Below, in pieces: positions 26,961-37,510 of a stretch of DNA of 64,000 nucleotides. Numbering within the stretch: position 1 is the stretch's first letter; each line of letters begins with the position of its first letter. The notes under the pieces are model-generated. The model did no database searches. It was not told the origin of the DNA and saw only the letters and a list, made by a program, of their open reading frames with translations. Source of the stretch: a virus. The position numbers and the translations under genes were made by a program. The stretch lies in the UHGV virus genome UHGV-1378817; one strand, 5' to 3'.

Positions 26961-27779
26961 TTGAGCAAGAAAGAGTCCAACGACAAATACTACACAAACC
27001 CTGAGTATGCAGAATATCTTGTTGGTAAAGTAAAAGATAAGTATGGGAATTGTGCATACGTTGAGCCTTCTGCTGGAAGGGGTTCTTTTTCAAAACTATT
27101 TTCAGAGATACTGTCGTACGATTTAGTACCAGATCCTGAATTTGAAGGACCAACACCGTGCATTCAGGCAAACTTCTTGGAGGTGCATCCCAAGGCAGAT
27201 GTCTTCATAGGTAACCCACCATTTGGCAAGAATTCATCCTTAGCTTGCAAATTCTTTAACCATTGTGCATCATTGCTAGAGCTTGGAGGGGCTATAGCCT
27301 TCATCTTGCCACGGACATTTGAAAAAATATTTTTTGCAAACAAACTGGACATGTCGATGCACCTTGTCTACAGCGAAAGGTGCCCTAAGAATTCGTTTTT
27401 ACTTAATGGCAAACCTTATGACGTGCCATGTGTTTTCCAAATTTGGGAGAAAAAGGCGTGCAATAGGGATCCTGTAGAGATTGGAGAGAATAAGTTATTT
27501 TCTTTTAGCACACCAGATGACTACGACTTCTGTGTAAGACGTGTTGGGTATAATGCTGGAAAAGTATTGGGGGATGATGACCCAAAATCTGAAGAATCAA
27601 CATATTTCATAAAATCTTTAGTTAACGGTGTTGACAGAGTGTTTGCTGAATGCTATTCTTCTTTTCAAGAAGAAGCAGGTAAGACTGCTGGAATGAAGAG
27701 TATAGGTAAGAAAGAACTACAATACATTTTGGAGACCAGGTATGATCAAAAGCATAGACTTGACCAAAGAACTTACTGA
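26961..27779 (+). CDS. DNA N6-adenine (or N4-cytosine) methyltransferase
   Basis: SAM motif VEPSAGRGSF and catalytic NPPF; track start (TTG 26931) lies inside the terminator, moved to TTG 26961 with GGAGG SD. Confidence 0.65.
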   Translation: MSKKESNDKYYTNPEYAEYLVGKVKDKYGNCAYVEPSAGRGSFSKLFSEILSYDLVPDPEFEGPTPCIQANFLEVHPKADVFIGNPPFGKNSSLACKFFNHCASLLELGGAIAFILPRTFEKIFFANKLDMSMHLVYSERCPKNSFLLNGKPYDVPCVFQIWEKKACNRDPVEIGENKLFSFSTPDDYDFCVRRVGYNAGKVLGDDDPKSEESTYFIKSLVNGVDRVFAECYSSFQEEAGKTAGMKSIGKKELQYILETRYDQKHRLDQRTY

Positions 27780-28200
27780 TGCAAAAGCTTTTGGTGAGAC
27801 AGCGGTACAAAGAGGACAGGCGATGGGACTGGCACTACCTTTCGTCTTAAAAGAGCACTTTACAGATTTTCAACTTATCAAAGGTGATAAGGGAATGCTT
27901 ATCCTGGAGCATAAGTTGAGTAAGAAACGCTATAAAGTCGTTTTTAATTCTAAAGCTCCAACAAAACTGGGATTCAGAACTTACAATCTTAACCCTTCCT
28001 ACACTAAGGGTGTTGGAAGGGTAGAACAACAGCATTTCAGTGCCAGAGCTTCTTTAGCCCCTTTGATGCTAAATTTCTCAGGGGTGGCTTTAGGATACCT
28101 TGATAAGAAAAGGGTTCTTCATGTTCGTTTCACAGACTTTGTAACGCTTTTAGCTAACAACGAGGTTGATGAGAAGGGACGTGTAAAAACAAACTTCTAA
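27742..28200 (+). CDS. hypothetical protein
   Basis: 152 aa ORF. Confidence 0.4.
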   Translation: MIKSIDLTKELTDAKAFGETAVQRGQAMGLALPFVLKEHFTDFQLIKGDKGMLILEHKLSKKRYKVVFNSKAPTKLGFRTYNLNPSYTKGVGRVEQQHFSARASLAPLMLNFSGVALGYLDKKRVLHVRFTDFVTLLANNEVDEKGRVKTNF

Positions 28201-28215
28201 TAACGCATAGTATGA

Positions 28216-28419
28216 TTGGAGACCGAAATGACACTAGAGTTAACAATTCCAGACAGCTTTTCAGAAAACTTTATCCCAGAAATGATGAGTAAGATGCGAT
28301 CATTGCTTGATCAGATTGAGGAGGCTGTTTGGGAAGACGATGCTGTAGTGGCTAACGAGCTGGTAGATAAGTGTAAAAGTATTATTGATGCAGTTGAAGA
28401 ATACCACGGAGGTTTTTAA
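28216..28419 (+). CDS. hypothetical acidic protein
   Basis: 67 aa ORF. Confidence 0.4.
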   Translation: METEMTLELTIPDSFSENFIPEMMSKMRSLLDQIEEAVWEDDAVVANELVDKCKSIIDAVEEYHGGF

Positions 28420-29033
28420 TGGATATTATTGTTCTTAACGCCCCACCCAGCAGTGGTAAGGATCACATTGCAGATCTCTTGTTGGAAGCTATTCCTAACT
28501 CACACCACCGTGAGGTTAAGGAAATGCTCTTCAGTGTGGCAATTAAGGCAGCTGGTGTAACTCCTCAACTCTGGAATGCACTTTATGACCGCCACTACAA
28601 AGAAGAGCCTTGCCCTTTCTTAATGATAGACGGCAAGCATGTTTCTCCGCGAGAATGGATGATCCATTGTAGTGAAAATCTGATTAAACCTATCTTTGGT
28701 GAAGATGCTTTCGGTAAAGCCGCAGTCGCATCTTTGAAGAAAGATTTCCCTGAAGGTAAAGGGGTTATTGTTTACTCCGATGGGGGATTCAAAGAGGAGC
28801 TGGCATGCCTTAGCGAGTACGCATACAGCACAGGTGGAGATCTGTTGTTGTTCCGTATTCACCGTGTAGGATATGACTGGGGAAATGATTCCAGAACCTA
28901 TCTAAGTCTGGAAAAGAACGGAATAAAAGGGGTTGAGTTTGATGTTGTAAACCCTGAAGGTGCACCTTGGGAGTGTGCATCGGAGATTGTGTGCAAGTAT
29001 ATTGATGCTAAAGAGGCCCAAGAAGAATGTTAA
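28419..29033 (+). CDS. P-loop kinase, dNMP kinase-like
   Basis: Walker A-like NAPPSSGKDHIAD at N-terminus, as in phage deoxynucleotide monophosphate kinases. Confidence 0.45.
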   Translation: MDIIVLNAPPSSGKDHIADLLLEAIPNSHHREVKEMLFSVAIKAAGVTPQLWNALYDRHYKEEPCPFLMIDGKHVSPREWMIHCSENLIKPIFGEDAFGKAAVASLKKDFPEGKGVIVYSDGGFKEELACLSEYAYSTGGDLLLFRIHRVGYDWGNDSRTYLSLEKNGIKGVEFDVVNPEGAPWECASEIVCKYIDAKEAQEEC

Positions 29034-29620
29034 TCGGAATTGATGTAGATCTGACACTGGTAGATTCAGGAACAGCATGGTGGGAGTGGTTGGAGCGTTT
29101 GTATGGTCCAGCCAGTAAGACAGTAGCTAAACCTTCTAATGGGCTAATGTATTACGATTTGTCAAAGTATTGGCCTGATCGTCCCAAAGAAAACATCATA
29201 GGACCTTTTGATTTCTGGAGTGATCCGTTCCTCTACGACTTCCTTAAGCCTGAAGAGGGGGCTATTGAGGTTATGAAAGATTTGGTGGCTCGTGGTCACA
29301 AGCTTGCATTTATCTCGGTATGCAAGAAAGGTCACCTTGCATCTAAATCAAGGTTCTTAAAGCGTTGGACCAGTGATTTTATGGACCTGGACGATCACAC
29401 CCAGGGCCACGGCTTCTACGCCACACATTTCAAAGGGAATGTGGCTGTAGATGTTATAATTGACGACAGGCATGAATACCTGAACCAATTCGCTTCACGA
29501 CCTGAAGTTATTAAAATCCTAAAAGATACGCCTTATGAGCAATTCGAGGAGTTAAAGGTCAGTGTTGACTATACCGCTAATAGCTGGTATAAAATAGGAA
29601 AATTTTTAGAAGGTATTTGA
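29027..29620 (+). CDS. HAD-superfamily 5'(3')-deoxyribonucleotidase-like hydrolase
   Basis: Motif I GIDVDLTLVD (DxD), later IIDD. Confidence 0.55.
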   Translation: MLIGIDVDLTLVDSGTAWWEWLERLYGPASKTVAKPSNGLMYYDLSKYWPDRPKENIIGPFDFWSDPFLYDFLKPEEGAIEVMKDLVARGHKLAFISVCKKGHLASKSRFLKRWTSDFMDLDDHTQGHGFYATHFKGNVAVDVIIDDRHEYLNQFASRPEVIKILKDTPYEQFEELKVSVDYTANSWYKIGKFLEGI

Positions 29621-29621
29621 A

Positions 29622-29822
29622 ATGGGCAGATGTTCTAAAGGTGGCGATCCTGTAGTCAGATACGGTGACTGGCTAGAGGTGTATGATCTAGGAGGTAAGC
29701 TAGTGTATGCCTCTAGGATCACCCAAGATATGTGCTCTGACATGTTCAACAGATACCTTGCATTTAAGGCCAACATAAACCCAGACGAAATTTCCAAAAT
29801 TAAAACAAGGAGAGCTAAATAA
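29622..29822 (+). CDS. hypothetical protein
   Basis: 66 aa ORF. Confidence 0.4.
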   Translation: MGRCSKGGDPVVRYGDWLEVYDLGGKLVYASRITQDMCSDMFNRYLAFKANINPDEISKIKTRRAK

Positions 29823-30805
29823 TGCTAAAACTGTGCACTGCAAAGATTATTGCTGACAGCATTTCCGAGAAAGGTAAGCGTATCACCACTTTTGAACTAG
29901 AGTATCCTCGAATTATTCACTCAGAGCTTATGACGCACCGAGTGTTCAGCCGAAACGCCATGTCTTCCCGTGCAGTACCTGTCGGCAAGATGCTGCAACA
30001 GATTGTGGAGAATCCGGCAATGCCAGTTCGCTTCGGTGTAAATAAGCGAGGAATGGAAGATGGTGGGGAACACGATCAAAAGATCCGTGTAGAGTACACT
30101 GACATGGAGCTAACTCCTGAAGAGTTTTGGAAAGAAGCTGCAAAAAACGCCGCTTGGCATGCAGAGAAGTTCGCCCTTGCTGGTTACCATAAGCAAGTAT
30201 GTAACCGCTTAGTGGAGCCGTTCCAGCGCATGAAAACAGTTGTAACAAGCACCGAGTGGAATAATTTTTTCCACCTCCGTTGCTGGCACGATGCGGATCC
30301 TACGATTCAGATGTTAGCTAATTGTATGTGGGAGGCTCTTGAGAATAGCACTCCTGAAATCCTTAAACCGGGTCAATGGCACACCCCATATGTAGAGCAC
30401 GTTTATTTGGACGGAGAGTTTAACTACGCTGTACGTGACACAGAAGGAAAGCTCTGCATTCTCGATACTAAAGAAGCTCTGTCTATCAGTGCTAGTTGCT
30501 GTGCACAAGTATCTTATCGAAATATTGACAGCACGTTTGAAAAGGCAGATAGTGTGGCTAAAAAATTGATTGGTGGGGATCGTATTCATGCAAGCCCTTA
30601 CGAGCACCAGGCAACACCTATGGATCACGATAACGCAATGGAACGTTTAAACTACTACCTGTCTTCATGTGAAATCACACAAGACATCAGTACTTGGCAG
30701 GAAGGTGTAACCCATCAAGACCGTGATGGTAAATTCTGGTCTGCCAACTTTTGTGGGTGGGTTCAGCACAGACAACTGCTTAATAACCACTTCGTGAAAG
30801 GTTAA
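29822..30805 (+). CDS. thyX: flavin-dependent thymidylate synthase
   Basis: ThyX signature RHR-x7-S present as THRVFSRNAMSSR. Confidence 0.8.
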   Translation: MLKLCTAKIIADSISEKGKRITTFELEYPRIIHSELMTHRVFSRNAMSSRAVPVGKMLQQIVENPAMPVRFGVNKRGMEDGGEHDQKIRVEYTDMELTPEEFWKEAAKNAAWHAEKFALAGYHKQVCNRLVEPFQRMKTVVTSTEWNNFFHLRCWHDADPTIQMLANCMWEALENSTPEILKPGQWHTPYVEHVYLDGEFNYAVRDTEGKLCILDTKEALSISASCCAQVSYRNIDSTFEKADSVAKKLIGGDRIHASPYEHQATPMDHDNAMERLNYYLSSCEITQDISTWQEGVTHQDRDGKFWSANFCGWVQHRQLLNNHFVKG

Positions 30806-30834
30806 TCCTATCACAGTGATAGGTAACTTTTGTG

Positions 30835-30863
30835 TTGACTAATAGTATTAGATAATCTATAAT
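30835..30863 (+). promoter_or_regulatory. sigma70-like promoter (consensus)
   Basis: TTGACT, 17-nt spacer, TATAAT. Confidence 0.65.
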
Positions 30864-30891
30864 AATGGCTCACTTTGTTGGTGAGCCAGAA

Positions 30892-31365
30892 ATGGAGACA
30901 GATATGAGTAATGTTATGATTCCTAAAAAGACATTTATTTCAGTTACTTTAGATTTTCTATCTACCGTCCCCGGGTTTAACGTTCGCACACGAAACGGTC
31001 TCCGAGCTGCACTCTTTGCCGTAGGGTTTGATTTAAAAAGTATTGATGTTCTTCGTGGAAAAAACGTTCGATGCAAAAATAAGCCAACACATTATCGAAA
31101 GGCAGATGTATTTGCTGGTGTCATGCGTGCAGACTTTAGATACCCACAAATGTATAACGGTGTAGATATTTTAGATGTAGATAAAGCACCTGGTGAGGCA
31201 ATGCTTGTTCAAGATCTCCCGTATGATATCCCCGTAGAGGATCGTGTTAATGTAAGAAAGTATACAAAACAATCTGAAAAGGCTGAAGATATTCATATTG
31301 TTGATGAACCTTTCAATTTTGAAGATCTGCATCGCCTGGAAAAATTATTCGGTATTGAAAGCTAA
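30892..31365 (+). CDS. hypothetical protein
   Basis: Track start 30865 lies at or upstream of predicted TSS; start moved to ATG 30892 (alternative 30904). Confidence 0.4.
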   Translation: METDMSNVMIPKKTFISVTLDFLSTVPGFNVRTRNGLRAALFAVGFDLKSIDVLRGKNVRCKNKPTHYRKADVFAGVMRADFRYPQMYNGVDILDVDKAPGEAMLVQDLPYDIPVEDRVNVRKYTKQSEKAEDIHIVDEPFNFEDLHRLEKLFGIES

Positions 31366-31375
31366 GGTGGTGAAG

Positions 31376-31606
31376 ATGAATCATAACTCCAAGTGGAAGG
31401 ATCTTGGTTTTGCAAGTCGGGCAGAATATGTTGGTTGGCTTTGGTTCAACGGCCTGACAAACGATATTAAAATGTATGATGATGTTTATTATGACGAGTA
31501 TACAGGTAAAATTATAAATATCTCTGTAGAAGAGGATACCTTTATCCAGCAAGATACTGATACCTGCCTTGATAAATACGTTAATGAAGTGGAGGAAGCA
31601 AATTGA
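31376..31606 (+). CDS. hypothetical protein
   Basis: ATG 31376 with AAGGTGG SD; track 5' extension overlaps previous gene. Confidence 0.4.
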   Translation: MNHNSKWKDLGFASRAEYVGWLWFNGLTNDIKMYDDVYYDEYTGKIINISVEEDTFIQQDTDTCLDKYVNEVEEAN

Positions 31607-33918
31607 TCACCAAGGTAATTAAAAGCAACGGATGTGAAGTGGCATTCGATCCAGAACGTTTAAATAAGGCAGCTATTTTCGGTGACGACGGTAACGGCAA
31701 TTGGTCACACATTGCACTGGATGCATACAAACGACTGTATGATGGATGTACAACCAAAGAAGTTAACCAAGCTATCATAGACTCCTGTGTTAGCCGTAAA
31801 GACGAAGCACATTCCCGTATGGCTGGTCGTGTTCTTATTGGTCAGATTTATAAAGAGGCTTTTGGAGGGTTTACAAAGATCCCTTCCTTACCATCATTTT
31901 ACAATGACATGGTTGAGAAAGGTTATTGGGAGGATATGGGTTATAGCTTTACCGAGCTAAACACTTTAGACGCTGTTATTGACCACAGTAAAGATCTCGG
32001 TTATGGCTATGCAGTCCTTAAACAGTTTCGCGACAAATACGGGATCAAGGATACTCTTAAAGACACCTTGTTTGAATCTCCCCAGATGATGTTTATGGGG
32101 ATAGCAATGGCTGTCATGAAGAATATGCCGAAAGAACGTCGTATCAACGATGTTGTAAAATTATACACTTATCTGTCCGACTTAAAGATCAATGCCCCGA
32201 CACCGTACTTAAACGGGCTACGCACAGGTAAGACAGGGTATGCATCTTGTTGTGTAATAAAAGCTGACGATACAGCAAAATCTATCGGTGTGGCACGTGA
32301 AGTTGCGTACACAATGACGGTTAACCAAGCAGGTATCGGCTACTATTTATCATCAAGATCTGCAGGCGATGGTGTTCGTGGTAACACTATTAAACATATG
32401 GGTAAGATTCCATATTATCGAGGTATTGATGCTGGGGTTAAGGAGAACAGACAACAATCACGTGGCGGTTCTGCAACAGTATCATTCCTTGCACTGGACC
32501 CGCAGATTGATGAGCTAATCCGTTTGAGAAACCCTATGACTGTTGCTTCAAAAAGAATCAACACCATGGACTACTCCATCGGTATTAATAGGTCGTTTAT
32601 CAACCGTGTGGCTAAGAATTTAGATTGGATGCTTGTTTCTTATAAGCACGCGCCTCAACTGCATGAGGGTATCTTCACCATGTCTATGGAGGAGTTTGAT
32701 GCAGAGGTTGATCGTATTGCTAAAGATGACAGTATTCCTAAAACATGGATCCGAGCTAGAGATCTTGCTGTTGAACTGATCACGCAGCGCACTGAGGTGG
32801 GAAGGCTGTACGTATACTGGACAGATGAGATGAATAGACATACACCTTTTAAAGATGTGATCTATTCAAGCAACCTGTGTGCAGAAATAGCCCTCCCGAC
32901 AAAAGGCTATTCAGATATGCGTAATATCTTCAAGTACGATGCTGATGATGGAGAGGTTGCATTGTGCTTCCTGTCATCTCTTGTAGCTGGGAGGGTTACT
33001 CCAGAGGAGTATGAGGATGTTGCATACTATACGGTGCTTATGATTGACAATGTTATGGAAATCATGACATATCCGTATGAAAATATGGAAAGCACAGTTA
33101 AAAAACGCAGATCCATCGGGGTTGGCCTTACCAATGTTGCACATTTTATTGCCAGCCACAAGGTTACTTACGGGTCTCCTGAAAGTAAACAGCTCGTTCA
33201 CGATCTTGCAGAACTTCACAGCTATAGCTTGCATAAGGCAAGTTTACGGTTGGCAAAAGAGCGTGGTGTCTGCGAGTGGATGCATAAAACAAAATATCCA
33301 GAAGGTTGGTTACCAATCGACACCTATAACAAAGAGGTCGATAGCGTGGTGAAAGATCCTTCTCTTAAACAGAATTGGGAAGGGTTACGTAAAGAAATCA
33401 TTGAGAATGGTGGGCTACGTAATAGCGTTCTTGAAGCATATATGCCTAATGAAAGCTCTTCGCTGGCAACAAACACCACTAACGGGGTTTATCCTGTCCG
33501 TGAGCACATTATCTTTAAAAAGTCGCCACAAGGGCAGGTGCTGTTTATCGTTCCTGACTATGATGAGTTGAAAGAGTATTACACCTCGGCTTGGGACGTT
33601 GATACTAACGACATGATCGATATGTATGCCGTGATTCAAAAATTCACAGGTCAGGCAATCAGCGCGGATTTATACATAGACTACACCAAGTTGAAAGATG
33701 GTAAAATTTCAATGAAGGAGCAGTTAGGGTACCTTATCCGTGCCACTAAATTCGGGATGAAGACATGGTATTATTTAAACTCTAGGGTTGGTGCTGGTGA
33801 CTCCTTGGCAGAGGAACTTCATGCCAAGAAACAGGCTGAAGATGAAACCAGAAAGAACTATCCTTTGATTGCAGATAGTTCAGTTGAAGATCCGTATTGC
33901 GAAAGCTGTGCACTATAA
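31603..33918 (+). CDS. nrdA: ribonucleotide reductase class Ia alpha subunit
   Basis: 771 aa; active-site NLCAEIALPT, C-terminal Cys pair CESCAL. Confidence 0.9.
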   Translation: MITKVIKSNGCEVAFDPERLNKAAIFGDDGNGNWSHIALDAYKRLYDGCTTKEVNQAIIDSCVSRKDEAHSRMAGRVLIGQIYKEAFGGFTKIPSLPSFYNDMVEKGYWEDMGYSFTELNTLDAVIDHSKDLGYGYAVLKQFRDKYGIKDTLKDTLFESPQMMFMGIAMAVMKNMPKERRINDVVKLYTYLSDLKINAPTPYLNGLRTGKTGYASCCVIKADDTAKSIGVAREVAYTMTVNQAGIGYYLSSRSAGDGVRGNTIKHMGKIPYYRGIDAGVKENRQQSRGGSATVSFLALDPQIDELIRLRNPMTVASKRINTMDYSIGINRSFINRVAKNLDWMLVSYKHAPQLHEGIFTMSMEEFDAEVDRIAKDDSIPKTWIRARDLAVELITQRTEVGRLYVYWTDEMNRHTPFKDVIYSSNLCAEIALPTKGYSDMRNIFKYDADDGEVALCFLSSLVAGRVTPEEYEDVAYYTVLMIDNVMEIMTYPYENMESTVKKRRSIGVGLTNVAHFIASHKVTYGSPESKQLVHDLAELHSYSLHKASLRLAKERGVCEWMHKTKYPEGWLPIDTYNKEVDSVVKDPSLKQNWEGLRKEIIENGGLRNSVLEAYMPNESSSLATNTTNGVYPVREHIIFKKSPQGQVLFIVPDYDELKEYYTSAWDVDTNDMIDMYAVIQKFTGQAISADLYIDYTKLKDGKISMKEQLGYLIRATKFGMKTWYYLNSRVGAGDSLAEELHAKKQAEDETRKNYPLIADSSVEDPYCESCAL

Positions 33919-33925
33919 TTTTAAA

Positions 33926-33946
33926 GGGGCTTCGGCCCCATTTTAG
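33926..33946 (+). terminator. hairpin between nrdA and nrdB (possible attenuator/partial terminator)
   Basis: GGGGC-ttcg-GCCCC followed by ATTTTAG. Confidence 0.35.
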
Positions 33947-33956
33947 AGGTAGAATA

Positions 33957-35045
33957 ATGGCTGTATTTAATGCTGAGAACACCGCTCATAAAACTGGTGA
34001 CTATCCGCTGTTTCTGGGACAGCAAATGGGTATGTACGATTCTATCAACAAAAAATATCCACAACTGTTTGAACTATACAAAAAACAAAAAGAGCAAGAT
34101 TGGGCAGAGGATGAAGTGGATTTGTCGCAATCTATTTCAGATTTTGTAACATGCTCAAAGTCAACTTATGACGTGATGGTGCAGACCTTGATGTGGCAAT
34201 GGGAGGCTGATAGCGTTGCGGCAAGATCGATCATCTGCCTCTTTTCACCATTCATCACTAATAGTGAGCTTTTCACTCTATTGATGAAACAGTCGGAGAT
34301 TGAAGTTCTTCACGCACTAACTTACTCAGAGATTGTTAGACAATGCCTCCCCAATGCCCGTGAGATTATAGAAGAGATTCAGGAAAACCAAAACGTTCTG
34401 AGCAGATCCGGCGTTATTGTCAAATACATGCAAGAGCTTGAGGTTATTGGTGCAAAATACCGACTGGATCCTTCTAGTGTTGAAGAAGATGTTGTGCGGA
34501 AATGCATTCTTAGAGCGCTTTTTGCACTTTTAGCTCTGGAAAGTATTGAGTTTATTGCAAGTTTTGCATGCACTTTTGCAGTAGCTGAACAGGGTATCTT
34601 TGTTCAGGTGGCGCAGCTTGTTCAAAAAATCATGCTTGACGAAATGCTACATTCGAAAGGGGATTTTGCCATCATTGATATCCTGCTTAATGATCCCGCA
34701 TGGGAGAAAAGCTTCCTTGAGATAAAGGGGGAGTTAAAAGAGATTCTTGATGAAGTACGAACCAAAGAGTACGGTTGGAGTGACTATATTTTCAGCGAAG
34801 GAAGAGCGATTATAGGTCTTAACTCCCCGTTGCTTAAAGAGTGGGTTGACTATAACTGCTCACCGATTTATGATTACTACGACATCGACAAAGACTTTGT
34901 GCCGCCAACAAAGGACCCGCTACCGTTTATGCAGGTGTGGATGAAACCTTCATTGCAACAGACGGCGAACCAAGAAATGTCGAACACTGACTACCGCGTC
35001 AACACAACTGTTAACGACGCTGAAGAAGAAATTTGGGAGTTTTAA
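33957..35045 (+). CDS. nrdB: ribonucleotide reductase class Ia beta subunit
   Basis: Di-iron ligand motifs (EVLHALTYSEIV, EFIASFACTFAV...E, MLDEMLH); start set to ATG 33957 with GAGGT SD. Confidence 0.85.
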   Translation: MAVFNAENTAHKTGDYPLFLGQQMGMYDSINKKYPQLFELYKKQKEQDWAEDEVDLSQSISDFVTCSKSTYDVMVQTLMWQWEADSVAARSIICLFSPFITNSELFTLLMKQSEIEVLHALTYSEIVRQCLPNAREIIEEIQENQNVLSRSGVIVKYMQELEVIGAKYRLDPSSVEEDVVRKCILRALFALLALESIEFIASFACTFAVAEQGIFVQVAQLVQKIMLDEMLHSKGDFAIIDILLNDPAWEKSFLEIKGELKEILDEVRTKEYGWSDYIFSEGRAIIGLNSPLLKEWVDYNCSPIYDYYDIDKDFVPPTKDPLPFMQVWMKPSLQQTANQEMSNTDYRVNTTVNDAEEEIWEF

Positions 35046-35048
35046 TAT

Positions 35049-35327
35049 ATGAGCTGCGAAAAATCTTTTTTCATCATCATTTACGGTAAGGATAACTGCC
35101 CACATTGTGTCAGAGCAAAAGAATTTGCAATCAGCAAAGGTCTGCCTTTTGTATATAAGACACTTGGCGAGGGCTACACAAAAGAAGAGCTTATTGAGAA
35201 GTGCAGTCCAATTGTCCCTAGAACGTTGCCGCAGATCTTCTTAGAAAGCGATCTTGACAGTGTCCATATAGGCGGTGCCGACGATTTCATCTCTTTTGTT
35301 AAGAATGGTTTTGGAGAGAAAAAGTGA
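35049..35327 (+). CDS. glutaredoxin-like protein (NrdH/NrdC-type redoxin)
   Basis: CPHC active site in KDNCPHCVRAKEF; 92 aa; between nrdB and nrdD. Confidence 0.7.
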   Translation: MSCEKSFFIIIYGKDNCPHCVRAKEFAISKGLPFVYKTLGEGYTKEELIEKCSPIVPRTLPQIFLESDLDSVHIGGADDFISFVKNGFGEKK

Positions 35328-37447
35328 AAGTTGTAAAACGGGACGGTAGAGAAGAGTTCTATAACGGAATTAAGGTGATCAAGGCGGCAGAGTCCGCCTT
35401 ACTTGAGTCTGGGCATACTGAAGAAGAAGCTTACCGGATCGCCTGCGCGGTTAATGAAGTTGTTGCTAACAATCTACCAACCGACCAGTGCACGATCTCT
35501 GTAAAAAATATCCATATCCTTGTTGAAGATGCTCTTATGGATATGGGTTTAAAATGTGCAGCCAGAGAATACATCCAGTATAGACAGACAAGAGATAATA
35601 ACAGAGAGGCAGGTGGAAAACTGCTTGCAGATATTAGTGGCTTCTTGGATCGAACTTGTGATGAATTTACAAAAGAAAACGCAAATAAGCCTACTAATCA
35701 TGTACACACTCATCGCGACCTGCTTGCGGGTATTCTTAGCAAACACCTTGCATCAACACAGATCCTGCCAGACCGTGTCTCCGAAGAGCACAATAAGGGC
35801 TTCATCCATGTGCATGATCTTGACTACTTGATCAGTCCGTTAACAAACTGTTGTTTGGTAAACTATCCAGATATGTTGGAAAACGGATTCAACATTGGTA
35901 ACGCCCATGTCAGTAAGCCGAAGTCAATAGGGGTTGCAACAACAATCCTTAGCCAAATCTCTAGTGCGGTAGCTAGTGCTCAATATGGTGGTCAGACTAT
36001 GAGCCATATTGATCATTATCTGGCACAGTATGCTGAAGCAACCTATGAGAAGAACCTTAAATTTTGCCAGGAACATTGGTTGCCAGATGCTGAGAGTGTT
36101 GCAATGCAAATGACAGATAAAGACGTATTTGACAGCATGCAGACTTTGCTCTATCAAATCAATACGTTAACTTCTGTCAACGGGCAAACTCCATTCATCA
36201 CATTGAGTTTAGGACTGGATACCTCGGTCTTTGGTAGAATGATTACCAAAAACTACCTGAAAGTCCACAAAATGGGTCTTGGTGAAGAACGTATTACACC
36301 TGTGTTTCCTAAAGTGCTGTTCTTCCTAGAAGAGGGTGTCAACATGAACCCTGGGGATCCTAACTATGATTTGAAACGATTAGCTCTGGAATGCTGTGCA
36401 GAACGTATCTACCCTGACTTCGTGTCTGTACCACTAAATAGAAAAGTGACAGGCTCGACAGATGGCAAAGTAACGAGCATGGGTTGCCGGAGTTTTCTTA
36501 GCAAATACAATGACTTGGAAACAGGCGAGGAGAAATATCTTGGCAGATTTAACTTAGGCGTTGTTAGCCTTAACCTGCCAATGATTGCGGCAAAAGCTAA
36601 GACGGAAGGTGTTGATTTCTTTGCAGTTCTTGACGAATACTTGGATCTTGCATACGAGGCTCACCTTGTAAGGGTTAATCGTCTAAAAGGAACAAAGGCA
36701 GGGCAGAACCCCATCATGTGGTGTGAAGGCGCTCTTGCTCGCCTGGATCCTGAAGAGAGTATTGATAAACTCTTCTATGACGGGTACGCTTCCATCAGTA
36801 TTGGGTATATCGGTGTGTATGAAACCTGTCAGATTTTGGGTAGAGAGGGTGACAAGGCTTTAGCTCTTGGAATCCTTCAGCACATGAGAGATGCTTGTGA
36901 GCGATACAAGAAGGAAAGTAGACTAGCATTTAGCTTGTACGGCACTCCTTCTGAGAGTCTATGCTATAAAGCTGCAACCTGTCTGGATCGTGAATATCCG
37001 GAAGTGTTAAAGCACGATCATGAATATCTCACCAACAGTTTCCATCAGCCAGTATGGATAAATAGCTCTCCTTTTGATAAGTGGGAGTATGAGGAAGGTT
37101 TTGCTATGATCTCCTCTGGTGGCAACATCGGATACGTAGAGACACCTAACCTGAAAAACAACCTGGATGCTTTAGAGGCTCTTGTTGACTTCGGGTATAA
37201 ACACATTATGTATTTTGGTATTAACCAACCTGTGGATAAATGTCTCAAGTGCGGTTTCTCTGGTGAGTTCAGTGCAACAGCTAAAGGCTTTGTATGCCCA
37301 GAGTGTGGAAACCATGAAGAGGGAACGATCAGTGTAATTCGACGTGTGTCTGGATACCTTTCCAGTCCTAACTCCCGTCCTTACAATAAAGGTAAGCAAG
37401 CGGAAGTTATCGAGCGAGTTAAGCACTACGGAAGTTGTGGTTGCTGA
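35324..37447 (+). CDS. nrdD: anaerobic ribonucleoside-triphosphate reductase
   Basis: 707 aa; C-terminal zinc ribbon CLKCG...CPECG and glycyl-radical motif RVSGYL. Confidence 0.9.
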   Translation: MKVVKRDGREEFYNGIKVIKAAESALLESGHTEEEAYRIACAVNEVVANNLPTDQCTISVKNIHILVEDALMDMGLKCAAREYIQYRQTRDNNREAGGKLLADISGFLDRTCDEFTKENANKPTNHVHTHRDLLAGILSKHLASTQILPDRVSEEHNKGFIHVHDLDYLISPLTNCCLVNYPDMLENGFNIGNAHVSKPKSIGVATTILSQISSAVASAQYGGQTMSHIDHYLAQYAEATYEKNLKFCQEHWLPDAESVAMQMTDKDVFDSMQTLLYQINTLTSVNGQTPFITLSLGLDTSVFGRMITKNYLKVHKMGLGEERITPVFPKVLFFLEEGVNMNPGDPNYDLKRLALECCAERIYPDFVSVPLNRKVTGSTDGKVTSMGCRSFLSKYNDLETGEEKYLGRFNLGVVSLNLPMIAAKAKTEGVDFFAVLDEYLDLAYEAHLVRVNRLKGTKAGQNPIMWCEGALARLDPEESIDKLFYDGYASISIGYIGVYETCQILGREGDKALALGILQHMRDACERYKKESRLAFSLYGTPSESLCYKAATCLDREYPEVLKHDHEYLTNSFHQPVWINSSPFDKWEYEEGFAMISSGGNIGYVETPNLKNNLDALEALVDFGYKHIMYFGINQPVDKCLKCGFSGEFSATAKGFVCPECGNHEEGTISVIRRVSGYLSSPNSRPYNKGKQAEVIERVKHYGSCGC

Positions 37448-37510
37448 TTCTTGACAAAAGCCACAAGGATGTGGCATATTATTGACACACAGTGAGCTAG
37501 GAGGTGCAGT

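Noticed and set aside
33897-33956. 5' extension of the nrdB ORF overlapping nrdA
   Set aside because: The extension spans an inter-genic hairpin and has no SD; ATG at 33957 has a GAGGT SD and gives a typical NrdB N-terminus
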